Assembly: GCA_050015075.1 (NCBI GenBank)
Contig: JBEKCB010000018.1
Coordinates: 33,751-97,750, forward strand
Reading direction: 5' to 3'
Length of the DNA stretch: 64,000 nucleotides
Source: Candidatus Brocadiia bacterium
GTDB taxonomy: Bacteria; Planctomycetota; Brocadiia; CAIUPP01
The notes under the pieces are model-generated. The model was not told the DNA's origin, searched no databases, and saw only the letters and a list, made by a program, of their open reading frames with translations. This document shows, piece after piece, positions 19,573 to 29,382 of the stretch. The position numbers and the translations under genes were made by a program. How positions within the stretch are numbered: the stretch's first letter is position 1; each line of letters opens with the position of its first letter.

Positions 19573-20424
19573 TCACATCGCCAGGATGGCGTCCATGGCG
19601 TTCGAGGTGTTCTGGATCCGCACCATGGGGCCCGTCCTGTAGGCCGGGACCATCTCGGCGGTGCAGAAGCCATCATATCCGACGGCCTTCAACGCCTTGA
19701 CGACCTCCGGCCAGTTCACGTCGCCTTCGAGCAGGTCGCAGAACCCGTCCGCGCCGCCGGCGGAGGCCTTGTAATCCTTGAAATGCACGCGCTTGATGCG
19801 CTTGCCGAGGATGCGGATCCAGTGCTGCGGGTATCCGAACGCCACGACGTTGCCGACGTCGAAGTACGCCGCGACGAACTCGCTGTCGAACCCGTCAATG
19901 AAGTCGCGCATCTCGATCGGGCTGAGGAGAAACTTGTTCCAGACGTTCTCGACGCACAGGACGACCTTGCACTGCTCGGCGGTGCGGAGCAGCCGCTGCG
20001 TGCCTTCCTTGGCGCGCGCGAAGAGGATGTCGTACGGGATCACCTCCGCCGCCGGATTGAAGAACACGTCCACCGCGCCCGGGATGAAGAGCAGCGCGTC
20101 CGTCCCGAGCCATTGCGCGATTTGCAGCATCTTCTTCGCGGCCTGCTCGGCGCGGTTGCGGTCGGTGACCTTGTCGCCGCCGAGGCTGTACGACCAGTAG
20201 ATGCCGCTGGCGAGCGAGGCGATTTTCACACCGGTCTTCTCGGCCTTCGCGCGGATGTCGGAGCATTCCTTCAGCGTCGTCTTGAGCGTCAACGGCCCCG
20301 ACTCGGCGCAGCACAGTTCAACTGCGGGGAAGCCGGCGGCTTTGGCCTCGGCGAAAAACTCGCTGAGACTCTTCTTCGCTTCCAGTCCGCCCGGAAACGA
20401 CCAGTAGTTGATGCTCTTCTGCAT
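19573..20424 (-). CDS. Sugar-phosphate isomerase/epimerase (TIM barrel)
   Basis: ENVWNKFLLSP.E, YFDVGN, VHFKD, GDVNW. Confidence 0.88.
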   Translation of the reverse strand: MQKSINYWSFPGGLEAKKSLSEFFAEAKAAGFPAVELCCAESGPLTLKTTLKECSDIRAKAEKTGVKIASLASGIYWSYSLGGDKVTDRNRAEQAAKKMLQIAQWLGTDALLFIPGAVDVFFNPAAEVIPYDILFARAKEGTQRLLRTAEQCKVVLCVENVWNKFLLSPIEMRDFIDGFDSEFVAAYFDVGNVVAFGYPQHWIRILGKRIKRVHFKDYKASAGGADGFCDLLEGDVNWPEVVKALKAVGYDGFCTAEMVPAYRTGPMVRIQNTSNAMDAILAM

Positions 20425-20570
20425 GCACCGACTCCTTGCAAGGCAAAGCTTCTGCGCTCGCGCTGATGCGCGTTTTCAACCCCAGGCAGTGACGAAAGAT
20501 TCTACCAGAGTGCTTCGGCGGAAAACAACCGGGTCCGGCGGGAGGCGCCGGAGCGCGTATCGCAACTCGT

Positions 20571-21383
20571 TCAGGCGCTTGGGGTAGCGTTGCGAACGAT
20601 CGCCATCGCCCGCAGGTATGCGTCCGCCGGCGCGAAAAACTCGAACGTCAGCGGCCCGCGATAGCCTTCCCCGGCGATGCGCGGCAAAATCTCGCCCCAC
20701 CGGATCGCTCCATCGCCCAGCGGCAGGTGCTGGTCCTCCGCGCCGAGGTTGTCGTGCAGGTGGATGTTGAACACGCGGTCGAACGGCTGGCGGAGGAATT
20801 CCTCGAGCTGGTTGTTGATGTGCGCGTGCCCGAGGTCGAGCGTGCGCCCGATCCGCGGCGAGGGAAGTTCGGCCATGACCTGTTCGAAATCCTCCGGCCG
20901 ATCGCCGAGCGCGTCGGTGATGATGGCCTTCGTGTGGTTCTCGAGCGCGAGGCGCATTCGCCGCCGCTCGAGTTCCGGAACCGCCAGGCGGATTCCCGCG
21001 GCGACGTTGCCGAGCGCCGCGGCGCGGCCGGTCCCGGCCGGGCAGGAGCCGAGATGCAGCGTGACGAGCGACGCCTCCAGGCGCTGCGCGCGGTCGAGGA
21101 TCGTCGAGATCGTCGCCGCGATGGCCTGCGGCGGGCGCAGCGTTTCGCCGGCGCGCGAGAGGTCGAACGGCGCTTCGTATGGCCCGTGATACTGCGGCGC
21201 CAGCTTGTGCCGCTTGTCCAGCGCGCACAACTGAGGCGCCGTCTCGGTCCCGGACCACGGATCCGCGCTGCCGGGCTCGAACCACTCGACGCGCGCGAAC
21301 CCGACCTGCGCGATTGCCTCGACGAGCGCGTCGAGGCTCGAAAACGGATTCCGGTCCACGCAGACGGCAATAGGGTTATCCAT
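20571..21383 (-). CDS. Xylose-isomerase-like TIM barrel protein
   Basis: LALEN, LDLGHA, HLHDN...DQHLPLGDG.I.W, FE. Confidence 0.85.
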   Translation of the reverse strand: MDNPIAVCVDRNPFSSLDALVEAIAQVGFARVEWFEPGSADPWSGTETAPQLCALDKRHKLAPQYHGPYEAPFDLSRAGETLRPPQAIAATISTILDRAQRLEASLVTLHLGSCPAGTGRAAALGNVAAGIRLAVPELERRRMRLALENHTKAIITDALGDRPEDFEQVMAELPSPRIGRTLDLGHAHINNQLEEFLRQPFDRVFNIHLHDNLGAEDQHLPLGDGAIRWGEILPRIAGEGYRGPLTFEFFAPADAYLRAMAIVRNATPSA

Positions 21384-21435
21384 CGGGCAGTCCCTGATGA
21401 TGGCGGACGGGCACGGGCCGAGCGGTCTTCGCCGG

Positions 21436-22404
21436 CTACGACGTCAGGTACAACTCGCGCCGCAGCTCCGCGTAAGCGCCGCCGGATTCTTCCTTCACCT
21501 CGGCGCCGAAAGCGCGCGAGATCCCGTCGCGCTCCTCGGCGGTAAGTTCGAAATCGGACGCCTTGAGGCTGTCTTCGAGTTGATCGAGCCGGCTGGCGCC
21601 CACGATCGGGCAGGTGACCGCGGGGCAGGAGGAAACCCACGCGATGGCCACATGCACGGGCGAAACGCCGCGCCGCGCGGCCAGTTCCAGGAGGAAGCGC
21701 ATGCCGCTGGTGTAGCGATCGAGCCAGTCGGTGATGCGCTCGTCCGTCTCCGCGCGCGAGTCCTTGGGAATCGGCCCGCCCGGCTGATATTTCCCGGCCA
21801 GCAGCCCGATCAGCAGCGTGCGGTAAATGGTGATGGCGCTCCCTTCCGCGAGCGCCTGCGGCAGCACTTCGACCTCGACGCCGCGCTCGATCGGGTTGTA
21901 CGGCACCTGGTTGCAGACGAGTTCCGTCCAGCCGTGGAGCCTGGAGATCGCGTTCGAGTAGCAGAACAGCCAGGCCGGGTAGTTGCAGCAGCCGACGAAG
22001 CGCGCCTTGCCGGACTTCACGACGCGGTCCAGCGCCTCCATCACCTCCATCGGCTTCATGCCTTTCTTCGGCCAGTGGATCATGTAGAGATCCACGAAGT
22101 CCGTCTGGAGGCGGCGCAGGCTCTCCTCGATGCTCTGGGTGATCGCCTCGGCGTCAATGCCGCGGTGCACCTTCGTCGCCAGGAAGACTTTCTTGCGCGC
22201 GGGCTTGAGGATGCGGCCCAGGAGTTCCTCGGCGGCGCCTTCGCCGTACATCGCGGCGGTGTCCACGAAATTCACGCCCGCGTCGAGCGCCGCGGAGATG
22301 ATGCGGCTCGCCTCGGCCTCGTCGGTGCGCCGGCCGAACATCATCGTGCCGAGGCACAGGTGCGAGACTTTGACGCCGGTCTTCCCGAAGGTGACTTGCT
22401 TCAT
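21436..22404 (-). CDS. Aldo/keto reductase
   Basis: LCLGTMMFG, DTAAMY, ATK, SLRRLQTD.VDLY.IHWP, PIVGAS..QL. Confidence 0.92.
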   Translation of the reverse strand: MKQVTFGKTGVKVSHLCLGTMMFGRRTDEAEASRIISAALDAGVNFVDTAAMYGEGAAEELLGRILKPARKKVFLATKVHRGIDAEAITQSIEESLRRLQTDFVDLYMIHWPKKGMKPMEVMEALDRVVKSGKARFVGCCNYPAWLFCYSNAISRLHGWTELVCNQVPYNPIERGVEVEVLPQALAEGSAITIYRTLLIGLLAGKYQPGGPIPKDSRAETDERITDWLDRYTSGMRFLLELAARRGVSPVHVAIAWVSSCPAVTCPIVGASRLDQLEDSLKASDFELTAEERDGISRAFGAEVKEESGGAYAELRRELYLTS

Positions 22405-22611
22405 CAGGTTCGTTCCGATCCGTTGAGGTTGCGTTCAAGTTGCGTTCAGAAACGATGACGGCGATGAGAACACCCGTCCCCGCACGACTGAGCGGTGCCC
22501 GTATTGACCCTGCTACGGCGAGGCAGTATATCACATGTGCGACTTTGAGACAAGTTTTTTCGACGCGGCGGGTTCAAGGCCGTCCTGATTGGCCGAACGG
22601 CGGGGTTCTCC

Positions 22612-22639
22612 TTGACAGGCCGCGCCCTGCGACTATAAT
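22612..22639 (+). promoter_or_regulatory. sigma70 promoter for the his operon
   Basis: TTGACA-16 nt-TATAAT. Confidence 0.7.
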
Positions 22640-22673
22640 GCACGAACGGGTTGGAATTCAGAAGGAGCATGCG

Positions 22674-23132
22674 ATGGCCGAACTGCTGCAAAGCCAGGTG
22701 GCGCAGATCCTGTCGGACAAGTACATCGTCATCGCCGTCGGCGCGCTCGCCGGCGCGAAGGTTGGGATGACCTTCGTCGTCCTCATGCAGGGCGAAGAGG
22801 TGAAGGATCCCGCCACCGGCGCGGTGCTCGGCCGGTGGGAACTGCCGAAGGGCTACCTGCGCGCGACGCACGTGCAGGAGCGGATGACCACGTGCGAGGG
22901 CATTCCGGCGCCGGGGCAGGACTCGCGCTCGACCGACGAGACCGGCGTGCTCTCGGCCACCATGATCTCCGATTCCCTGCGGCCGGAAACCTGGGGCGGC
23001 GCCGGCGACCGGCTCAACGTGAACCGCGCGCAGGTCGCCGGTATCCCACGCGTCGGCCCCATCTCCGTCGGCGACGTCGTCCGCGAATGCAAACTGGATT
23101 CGCCGGCCGACCCGAAGGCCCCTCGGCCATGA
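22674..23132 (+). CDS. Hypothetical protein resembling the FlgT C-terminal beta domain
   Basis: AAGGAG RBS; G.KVGM.F.V...GEEVKDP.TG.VLG..E..KG.L pattern; stop overlaps hisD ATG. Confidence 0.6.
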   Translation: MAELLQSQVAQILSDKYIVIAVGALAGAKVGMTFVVLMQGEEVKDPATGAVLGRWELPKGYLRATHVQERMTTCEGIPAPGQDSRSTDETGVLSATMISDSLRPETWGGAGDRLNVNRAQVAGIPRVGPISVGDVVRECKLDSPADPKAPRP

Positions 23133-24484
23133 AGATTCTCCGCGCCGGAGAAACCGATCTCTCGGCCGCGCTCCGGGAACTCTCGTCGAAGCTGGGACTC
23201 GGCGGCGGCATGGTCTCCGAGAGCAGCCGCCGGAAGACGCTGGAAATCTTCGGCGAGGCGCTCACGCCGCTCGAGGTCGTGCGGAGGATCCTGCGCGACG
23301 TGCGCGCGCGCGGGGACGAGGCGATCTCCGAATACGCGCGCAAGCTCGACGGCGCGACGCTGCCGCCGAAAAAGTTCCTTGTCACGCGCAGGGAGATGGA
23401 CGCCGCTTGGCGCTCCGTGCCGGCGCGTTTCCGGAAGAGCCTCGCGCGGGCGAGCGCCAACATCCGCCGCTTCCAGGAGCGCATCAAGCTCAAGGCGCCC
23501 GCGCCGCTGTGGAACCGCGAAGGAGGCCGGGTCGCGGTGGAGTACCGGCCGCTGGCGCGCGTCGGCCTCTGCGTGCCCGGCGGCCGCGCCGCGTATCCGT
23601 CCTCGGTGCTGATGACGGCCATCCCGGCGCAGGTCGCCGGCGTGGACGAGATCGCGATGGTCACGCCGTGCCGGCCCGACGGGACCGTCTGGCCGCAGAC
23701 GCTCGCCGCGGCGCGCGTGGCGGAGCTGACCGAAGTCTATCGCATCAGCGGCGCGCCGGCGGTCGCCGCGCTCGCCTACGGGACGAAGACCATCCGCCGC
23801 GTGGACAAGATCGTCGGCCCCGGAAGCATTTTCGTCACGCTGGCCAAGCGCGAGGTGTACGGCGAAGTCGCCCTCGACATGCTTGCCGGGCCGAGCGAGG
23901 TGCTGATCATCGCCGACGCGAAGGCCGATCCGCGTTTCGCGGCCGCCGATCTGCTCAGCCAGGCCGAGCACGACCCGGCCGCGGCCGTGCTGCTGACGCC
24001 CGATGAACGCGTGGCGCGCGAGACGCTCGCGGAGATCGAGCGGCAACTGCCGAAGCTCTCGCGCGAGAAGGCCGCGCGCGACGGCCTCGAGCGATATGGT
24101 TTGATCGCCGTCACGCGCGATCTGGACCAGGCCGTCGTCCTGGCGAACCAGTTCGCGCCGGAGCACCTTGAACTCGCGGTCGAGAAGCCGGACGCTCTGC
24201 TCGGAAGAATCCGGTCCGCCGGCGCGGTCTTCATGGGCGCCTATACGCCCGAACCGGTCGGCGATTACCTGGCCGGCCCGTCGCACGTGCTGCCGACCGG
24301 CGGCACCGCGCGGTTCTTCAGCGGACTGAGCGTGAACGATTTCCTCCGCCGCATCAGCGTGCTGCGCTACACGAAAGCGGCGCTCAGGAAGAGCGTCGCC
24401 GACATCGACACGCTCGCCCGAGCCGAGGGCCTCGACGCGCACGCGCGGGCGGCCACGATACGGTTTGAAGACGAGGGACAATAG
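23129..24484 (+). CDS. hisD: Histidinol dehydrogenase
   Basis: VPGGRAAYPSSVLM, VDKIVGPG, AGPSE, LLSQAEHD, APEHLE, GDYLAGPSHVLPT. Confidence 0.96.
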   Translation: MKILRAGETDLSAALRELSSKLGLGGGMVSESSRRKTLEIFGEALTPLEVVRRILRDVRARGDEAISEYARKLDGATLPPKKFLVTRREMDAAWRSVPARFRKSLARASANIRRFQERIKLKAPAPLWNREGGRVAVEYRPLARVGLCVPGGRAAYPSSVLMTAIPAQVAGVDEIAMVTPCRPDGTVWPQTLAAARVAELTEVYRISGAPAVAALAYGTKTIRRVDKIVGPGSIFVTLAKREVYGEVALDMLAGPSEVLIIADAKADPRFAAADLLSQAEHDPAAAVLLTPDERVARETLAEIERQLPKLSREKAARDGLERYGLIAVTRDLDQAVVLANQFAPEHLELAVEKPDALLGRIRSAGAVFMGAYTPEPVGDYLAGPSHVLPTGGTARFFSGLSVNDFLRRISVLRYTKAALRKSVADIDTLARAEGLDAHARAATIRFEDEGQ

Positions 24485-24536
24485 ACTACCGGTTTCGTTC
24501 CATCGTCCATCGTCTGCAGTTCTTCTAAGGTGCAAC

Positions 24537-25613
24537 ATGAGTTACTTCCGCCGCAACATCCAGCGCATGACCGGCTACGTGCCGGGCGAGCAACCGCAGG
24601 AGAAAGGGTTTATCAAGCTCAACACGAACGAGTCGCCGTATCCGCCATCGCGGAAGGTGCTCCGCGCGGTCCGGGCGGCGGTGAACGCGGACGTGCGGCT
24701 CTACCCCGACCCGATGGCCAACGCGCTCCGGCGCAGGGCGGCGGAACTCTTCGGGACTCGGCCGGAATGCGTGCTGGCGGGGAACGGGTCGGATGAGCTG
24801 CTCACGATCGTTGTGCGCGCGTTCGCCGGGCCGAAGCGCGTCGTGGCGTATCCGACGCCGACCTATTCGCTCTATCCGACGCTCGCCGCCATCGAGGACG
24901 CGCGCACGCGCCCGGTCCCGTACCCGCGCGATTTCTCGCTGCCCGCCGGGCTTTTCCGCAAGGGCGCGGCGGTGACGATCGTGGCGAACCCGAACAGCCC
25001 GACCGGCACCGCGGCGTTGCCGAAAGAACTCGCGCGGCTGGCGCGCGCGGTCAGCGGCGTGCTGGTGATTGACGAGGCGTACGTGGATTTCGCGGACCTC
25101 GACTGCATGGAACTCGCGAGACGCCACAGCAACGTGATCGTGCTGCGGACGTTCTCGAAGTCGTTTTCGCTCTGCGGCCTCCGGCTCGGCCTGGCCGTCG
25201 CCGACGAGAAGCTCATCGAGGGCATGGCCAAGGTCAAGGACAGCTACAACGTCAACCGGCTGGCGATCGTGGCGGGCGCGGCGGCGCTCGACGACATCGG
25301 CTCGATGCGGGCGAACGCGGAGAAAATCCGCCGGACGCGCGCGCGGCTGACGGCGGCGCTGGAATCGCGCGGCTGGTTCGTTTATCCTTCGCAGAGCAAC
25401 TTCATCTTCGCGCGTGTGCCGCCGCCGCTCTCGGCGCGCCGGATTTACCAGGAGCTGAAGCGCCGGAAAATCCTCGTCCGCTATTTCGACGCGCCCGGTC
25501 TCGACGACGGGCTGCGCATCACCATCGGCAGCGACCGCGAGATCAGCGCATTGATCCGCGGCCTGCGAAGCATCGAGGAACAAAGAATTTTAACCACAGA
25601 TGGACACAGATGA
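24537..25613 (+). CDS. hisC: Histidinol-phosphate aminotransferase
   Basis: YVPGEQP, KLNTNESP, GNGSDE, NPNSPTG, DEAYVDF, RTFSK PLP lysine. Confidence 0.95.
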   Translation: MSYFRRNIQRMTGYVPGEQPQEKGFIKLNTNESPYPPSRKVLRAVRAAVNADVRLYPDPMANALRRRAAELFGTRPECVLAGNGSDELLTIVVRAFAGPKRVVAYPTPTYSLYPTLAAIEDARTRPVPYPRDFSLPAGLFRKGAAVTIVANPNSPTGTAALPKELARLARAVSGVLVIDEAYVDFADLDCMELARRHSNVIVLRTFSKSFSLCGLRLGLAVADEKLIEGMAKVKDSYNVNRLAIVAGAAALDDIGSMRANAEKIRRTRARLTAALESRGWFVYPSQSNFIFARVPPPLSARRIYQELKRRKILVRYFDAPGLDDGLRITIGSDREISALIRGLRSIEEQRILTTDGHR

Positions 25614-25673
25614 ACACAGATACGCAATAACTTTCTTGTCCACATCTGTGCTCATCTGTGTCCATCTGTGGTT
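25592..25673. repeat. Inverted repeat of 10-mer ACACAGATG(G/A) units overlapping the hisC stop
   Basis: accacagatggacacagatgaacacagat ... catctgtgctcatctgtgtccatctgtggt. Confidence 0.8.
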
Positions 25674-25696
25674 TCAAAATGAATTAAACTGAGGAG

Positions 25697-26293
25697 ATGA
25701 ACATGGCATCCCGCAAGTCCGAGGTCCGCCGCAAGACGAAGGAGACGGACGTGACGCTCTCGCTGGTGCTCGACGGCGGCGGCGCGGGCGCGATTTCCAC
25801 CGGAGTCGGGTTCCTCGATCACATGCTCGACCTGCTGGCGCGGCACGGGCTGCTGGACCTGACCGTGAAGGCGACGGGCGATACGCACGTGGACGCGCAC
25901 CACACCGTCGAGGACGTCGGCATCTGCTTCGGCCAGGCGCTGAAGGAGGCGCTCGGCGACCGCAGGGGCATCCGCCGGTTCGGCGATTGCGCCGTGCCGA
26001 TGGAGGACTCGCTGGCGCAGGTGGCGCTGGACCTCGGCGGCCGCGGCGCGCTCGTCTTCAACGTCGCGTTCCCGACTCCGAAGACCGGCGATTTCGACGT
26101 GGTCCTCGTCGAGGAATTCTTCCGCGCCGTCGCGGGCAACTCCGGCATGAACCTGCACGTCAACGTCCCGTACGGCAAGAACAGCCACCACGTCGCCGAA
26201 GCGGTCTTCAAGTCCTTCGCCCGCGCGCTGGACCAGGCGATGCAGCTCGATCCGCGGATCAAGGGCGTGCCGTCAACGAAAGGTATGATTTAG
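25697..26293 (+). CDS. hisB: Imidazoleglycerol-phosphate dehydratase
   Basis: RKTKETD, FLDHML, DAHHTVEDVG, NSHH.AEA.FK, PSTKG. Confidence 0.96.
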   Translation: MNMASRKSEVRRKTKETDVTLSLVLDGGGAGAISTGVGFLDHMLDLLARHGLLDLTVKATGDTHVDAHHTVEDVGICFGQALKEALGDRRGIRRFGDCAVPMEDSLAQVALDLGGRGALVFNVAFPTPKTGDFDVVLVEEFFRAVAGNSGMNLHVNVPYGKNSHHVAEAVFKSFARALDQAMQLDPRIKGVPSTKGMI

Positions 26294-26306
26294 GGAATAA
26301 CCAAAC

Positions 26307-26382
26307 TCGTAATCGTAATCGCCGTTTTACCTACAGCCGGACGAACGGACGAGTACGATTAGGAGCAAGATTACGATTACGA
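26307..26382. repeat. Inverted hexamer repeats (AATCGT/ACGATT)
   Basis: tcgtaatcgtaatc ... gattacgattacga. Confidence 0.65.
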
Positions 26383-26434
26383 AAAGTAGGCGCTCCTGGT
26401 TTTCTCGGCTCTTAGGTTTTGTCGTTGGAACCCC

Positions 26435-27574
26435 ATGCCTCGCCCCACGATCGTGGAAATTGATCTCTCCGCCATCCGCGACAACCTGCGCGCGATACGG
26501 GCGCTGGTTGGGCCGGCGGTGGAGATCATCGGCATGGTCAAGGCCGACGCGTACGGCCATGGCGCGGCGGCGGTCGGCCGGACGCTGGCGGCGGAGGACG
26601 TGAAGCGGTTCGGCGTGGCGCTGGTCGAGGAAGGCGCGGCGCTGCGCGCAGCGGGGATCCCCGGAGAAGTGCTCGTCCTCGGCGCGCTGCTGCCGGAGGA
26701 CGCGCCGGAGATCGTCGAGAATGGGTTCGAGGCGGCGCTGAGCGACCTGGATTTCGCCCGCCGGCTGGACGAAGTTTCCCGCCGGCGGCACGGTCCGCCG
26801 GTCGGCGTCCACGTGAAGCTCGATACCGGCATGGGCCGGTTTGGATTCCCGCTGAAGCGGGCGCTGGACGTCATCTGCGAACTGGCCGGCCTGCGCGGTC
26901 TGAGGCTGGTCGGCGCGATGACGCATTTTCCCTCGGCGGATGAAGCCGGGCCGCCGGGCCGCGGGAGCGACGGCGTGGAGTTCACGCGCGGGCAGATCGG
27001 CGCGTTCCTGAAAATCCGCGAGGCGGTCGCGGCGGCGGGAATCCGGCTGCCGCTCTGGCACGCGGCGAATTCGGCGGGCATCCTGCTGCATCCCGAGTCG
27101 CGCCTGGACGCGGTGCGGCCCGGGCTGGCGCTCTACGGCGGGTTCCCGGCGGCGCAGGTGCCGCCTCCGGCGAAGCTGCGCCAGGCGATGACGCTCAAGA
27201 CACGGATCGTGCTCGTCCGCGAGTTCCCGGCCGGCGCGACGCTGGGCTACGGGCGGACCTTCCGGACCGCACGCGCCTCGCGCATCGCGGCGCTGCCGAT
27301 CGGCTATGCGGACGGATTCAGCCGCGCGCACTCGAACAAGGGGCAGGCGCTGGTCCGCGGGCGGCGCGCGCCGATCGTCGGGCGGGTGTCCATGGACACG
27401 GTGCTGGTGGACGTGACCGACGTGGCGGGCGCGCAAGCCGGCGACGAGGCGGTGCTCTACGGCCGGCAGGGCGCGGCGGAGATCTCCATCGTCGAAGCGG
27501 CCGAGACGCTCGGCACGATCCCCTACGAACTGATGACCTCGCTCACAGCCCGCGTGCCGAGGGTCTGGCGCTAA
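26435..27574 (+). CDS. alr: Alanine racemase
   Basis: MVKADAYGHG, HVKLDTGMGR.G, ANSAG, VRPG..LYG, GYADG, GRVSMD, GTIPYE. Confidence 0.96.
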   Translation: MPRPTIVEIDLSAIRDNLRAIRALVGPAVEIIGMVKADAYGHGAAAVGRTLAAEDVKRFGVALVEEGAALRAAGIPGEVLVLGALLPEDAPEIVENGFEAALSDLDFARRLDEVSRRRHGPPVGVHVKLDTGMGRFGFPLKRALDVICELAGLRGLRLVGAMTHFPSADEAGPPGRGSDGVEFTRGQIGAFLKIREAVAAAGIRLPLWHAANSAGILLHPESRLDAVRPGLALYGGFPAAQVPPPAKLRQAMTLKTRIVLVREFPAGATLGYGRTFRTARASRIAALPIGYADGFSRAHSNKGQALVRGRRAPIVGRVSMDTVLVDVTDVAGAQAGDEAVLYGRQGAAEISIVEAAETLGTIPYELMTSLTARVPRVWR

Positions 27575-27583
27575 ACGGTTCTA

Positions 27584-27755
27584 TTAACCACCAAGACACC
27601 AAGGCACCAAGGACGACGGCAGTTTTCGGAACCACAGATGAACACAGATGAGCACAGATACGAATTTCGTTTTGGCCCCATCTGTGTTTATCTGTGTTCA
27701 TCTGTGGTTCCTAAATCCGTCATCGTCCTTGGTGCCTTGGCGTCTTGGTGGTTAA
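27584..27755. repeat. Nested inverted-repeat element between convergent alr and ugd
   Basis: Outer arms ttaaccaccaagacaccaaggcaccaagg / ccttggtgccttggcgtcttggtggttaa; inner arms of ACACAGATG units. Confidence 0.85.
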
Positions 27756-27759
27756 GTTC

Positions 27760-29118
27760 TCAGTCCGCCGCAGCCGCTCCGATCCGGTAGGCGTGGAAGC
27801 CGATCTTCGCCAGCGCGTCGTGGTCCAGGAAATTCCAGCCGTCGAAGAGGAAGGCGGGCTTCTCCATCGCGTCGAAGATGCGGCGGAAGTCCAGGTCGCG
27901 GTACTCCGGCCAGGCGGTCAGCAGCGCGATGGCATGCGCGCCGCGCGCGGCTTCGTAGGGGTCGGCGGTGAAACTGCACTCGGCGGCGGCTTTCAGGTCC
28001 TCCTGCGCGCTCTCGAGCGCGCGCGGGTCGCTGATCGCCAGCCGGGCGCGCTCGTCGAGCAGCAGCTTGCAGACCGCCAGCGCCGGCGAATCGCGCGTGT
28101 CGCTCGTGCCGGGCTTGAAAGCGAAGCCGAGGACGGCGATGCGTTTCCCGGCCAGCGTGTTGAACATCGTGTGGACCATCGTCTTGACGAAGCGCTCCTT
28201 CTGGTCTTCGTTCATCCGGAGCACCTCTTCCCAGTAGCGCGCCGCCTCGGGCAGGCCGTTGGATTCGCAGAGGTAGGCGAGGTGGAGGATGTCTTTGCGG
28301 AAGCAGGAGCCGCCGAAGCCCAGTCCGGCGCGGAGGAACTCGGCCCCGATGCGGTGGTCCATGCCGACGGCGCGGCTGACCTCGGCGATGTTGGCGCCGG
28401 TGCGCTCGCAGAGGGCGGCGACGGCGTTGATCGAGCTGACGCGCTGGGCGAGCATGGCGTTGGCGGCCAGCTTGGCCAGTTCACTCGACCAGAGGCCGGT
28501 GGTAAGGATGCGGTCGCGCGGGACCCAGTGCGCGTAGATGTCCACGAGGTCCTGCTGGGCCTGGCGCCCGGTCGGCGTCGAGTGGGCGCCGATCAGCACG
28601 CGGTCGGGGTGCTCCAGGTCGCTCAGCGCGCTGCCCTCGGCGAGGAACTCGGGGTTGGAGACGACCTCGAAATGGACGCGGCCGCCGCTGCCGGAGAGGA
28701 TGGCCTCCATCGCCTCGGCGGTGCGCACCGGCAGGGTGCTCTTCTCGACGACGATTTTCGGGCGCGTGCTGCGGCGGGCGATGAGGCGGGCGGTCTGTTC
28801 CCAGTACTGCAGGTCGGCGGCTCGGCCGGCTCCCTGGCCGAAGGTCTTCGTCGGCGTGTTGACGCTCACGAAGACGATGTCCGCGCGGTCAATGCGGTCC
28901 TCGACGTCGGTGTAGAAGAAGAGGTTGCGGCCGCGCGCGAGCCGGATCGTCTCGAGCAGCCCCGGCTCGAAGATCGGCAGCCGGTCGGTCTGCCAGGCCG
29001 CGATGCGCTCCGCGTTGATGTCCACGATCTCCACGCGGTGCTCGGGGCAGTGCTTGGCGATCACGGCCATCGTCGGGCCGCCGACGTATCCGGCGCCGAT
29101 GCACAGGATATTCTTCAT
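27760..29118 (-). CDS. ugd: UDP-glucose 6-dehydrogenase
   Basis: CIGAGYVGGPT, VNTPTK, EKSTLPV, SNPEFLAEG, GFGGSCF.KD, LGFAFK..T.DTRDS. Confidence 0.94.
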   Translation of the reverse strand: MKNILCIGAGYVGGPTMAVIAKHCPEHRVEIVDINAERIAAWQTDRLPIFEPGLLETIRLARGRNLFFYTDVEDRIDRADIVFVSVNTPTKTFGQGAGRAADLQYWEQTARLIARRSTRPKIVVEKSTLPVRTAEAMEAILSGSGGRVHFEVVSNPEFLAEGSALSDLEHPDRVLIGAHSTPTGRQAQQDLVDIYAHWVPRDRILTTGLWSSELAKLAANAMLAQRVSSINAVAALCERTGANIAEVSRAVGMDHRIGAEFLRAGLGFGGSCFRKDILHLAYLCESNGLPEAARYWEEVLRMNEDQKERFVKTMVHTMFNTLAGKRIAVLGFAFKPGTSDTRDSPALAVCKLLLDERARLAISDPRALESAQEDLKAAAECSFTADPYEAARGAHAIALLTAWPEYRDLDFRRIFDAMEKPAFLFDGWNFLDHDALAKIGFHAYRIGAAAAD

Positions 29119-29247
29119 GTCCACCTCGGCGATGAAGAAAGCGCGAGATTCCACCGGCCGCGCTAACACTATACCGGTCTCGCGCGCGCGGTTCAATCGG
29201 TCTCGCGTCATTCTCCGGCGCGCGAGGGTTAATAGCGCGTCAAGTTA

Positions 29248-29276
29248 TTGACACACGGCGCCTAACCCGATAAACT
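29248..29276 (+). promoter_or_regulatory. Probable sigma70 promoter for the hydrolase-GH3 operon
   Basis: TTGACA-17 nt-TAAACT. Confidence 0.55.
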
Positions 29277-29382
29277 CCTCCCGCATGCGTTGAAAGGCTC
29301 CCGCGGCCGCGGGCTTCCGCCTTCTCCACCGGGGACAAGACGGTTTCTTCGCCTGCCGACGGGTTCATTGCGTGGAGGCCTG

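Noticed and set aside
25592-27755. Possible CRISPR array from the short repeats
   Set aside because: Units are 6-10 nt, tandem and inverted, with no unique ~30 nt spacers and no cas genes.
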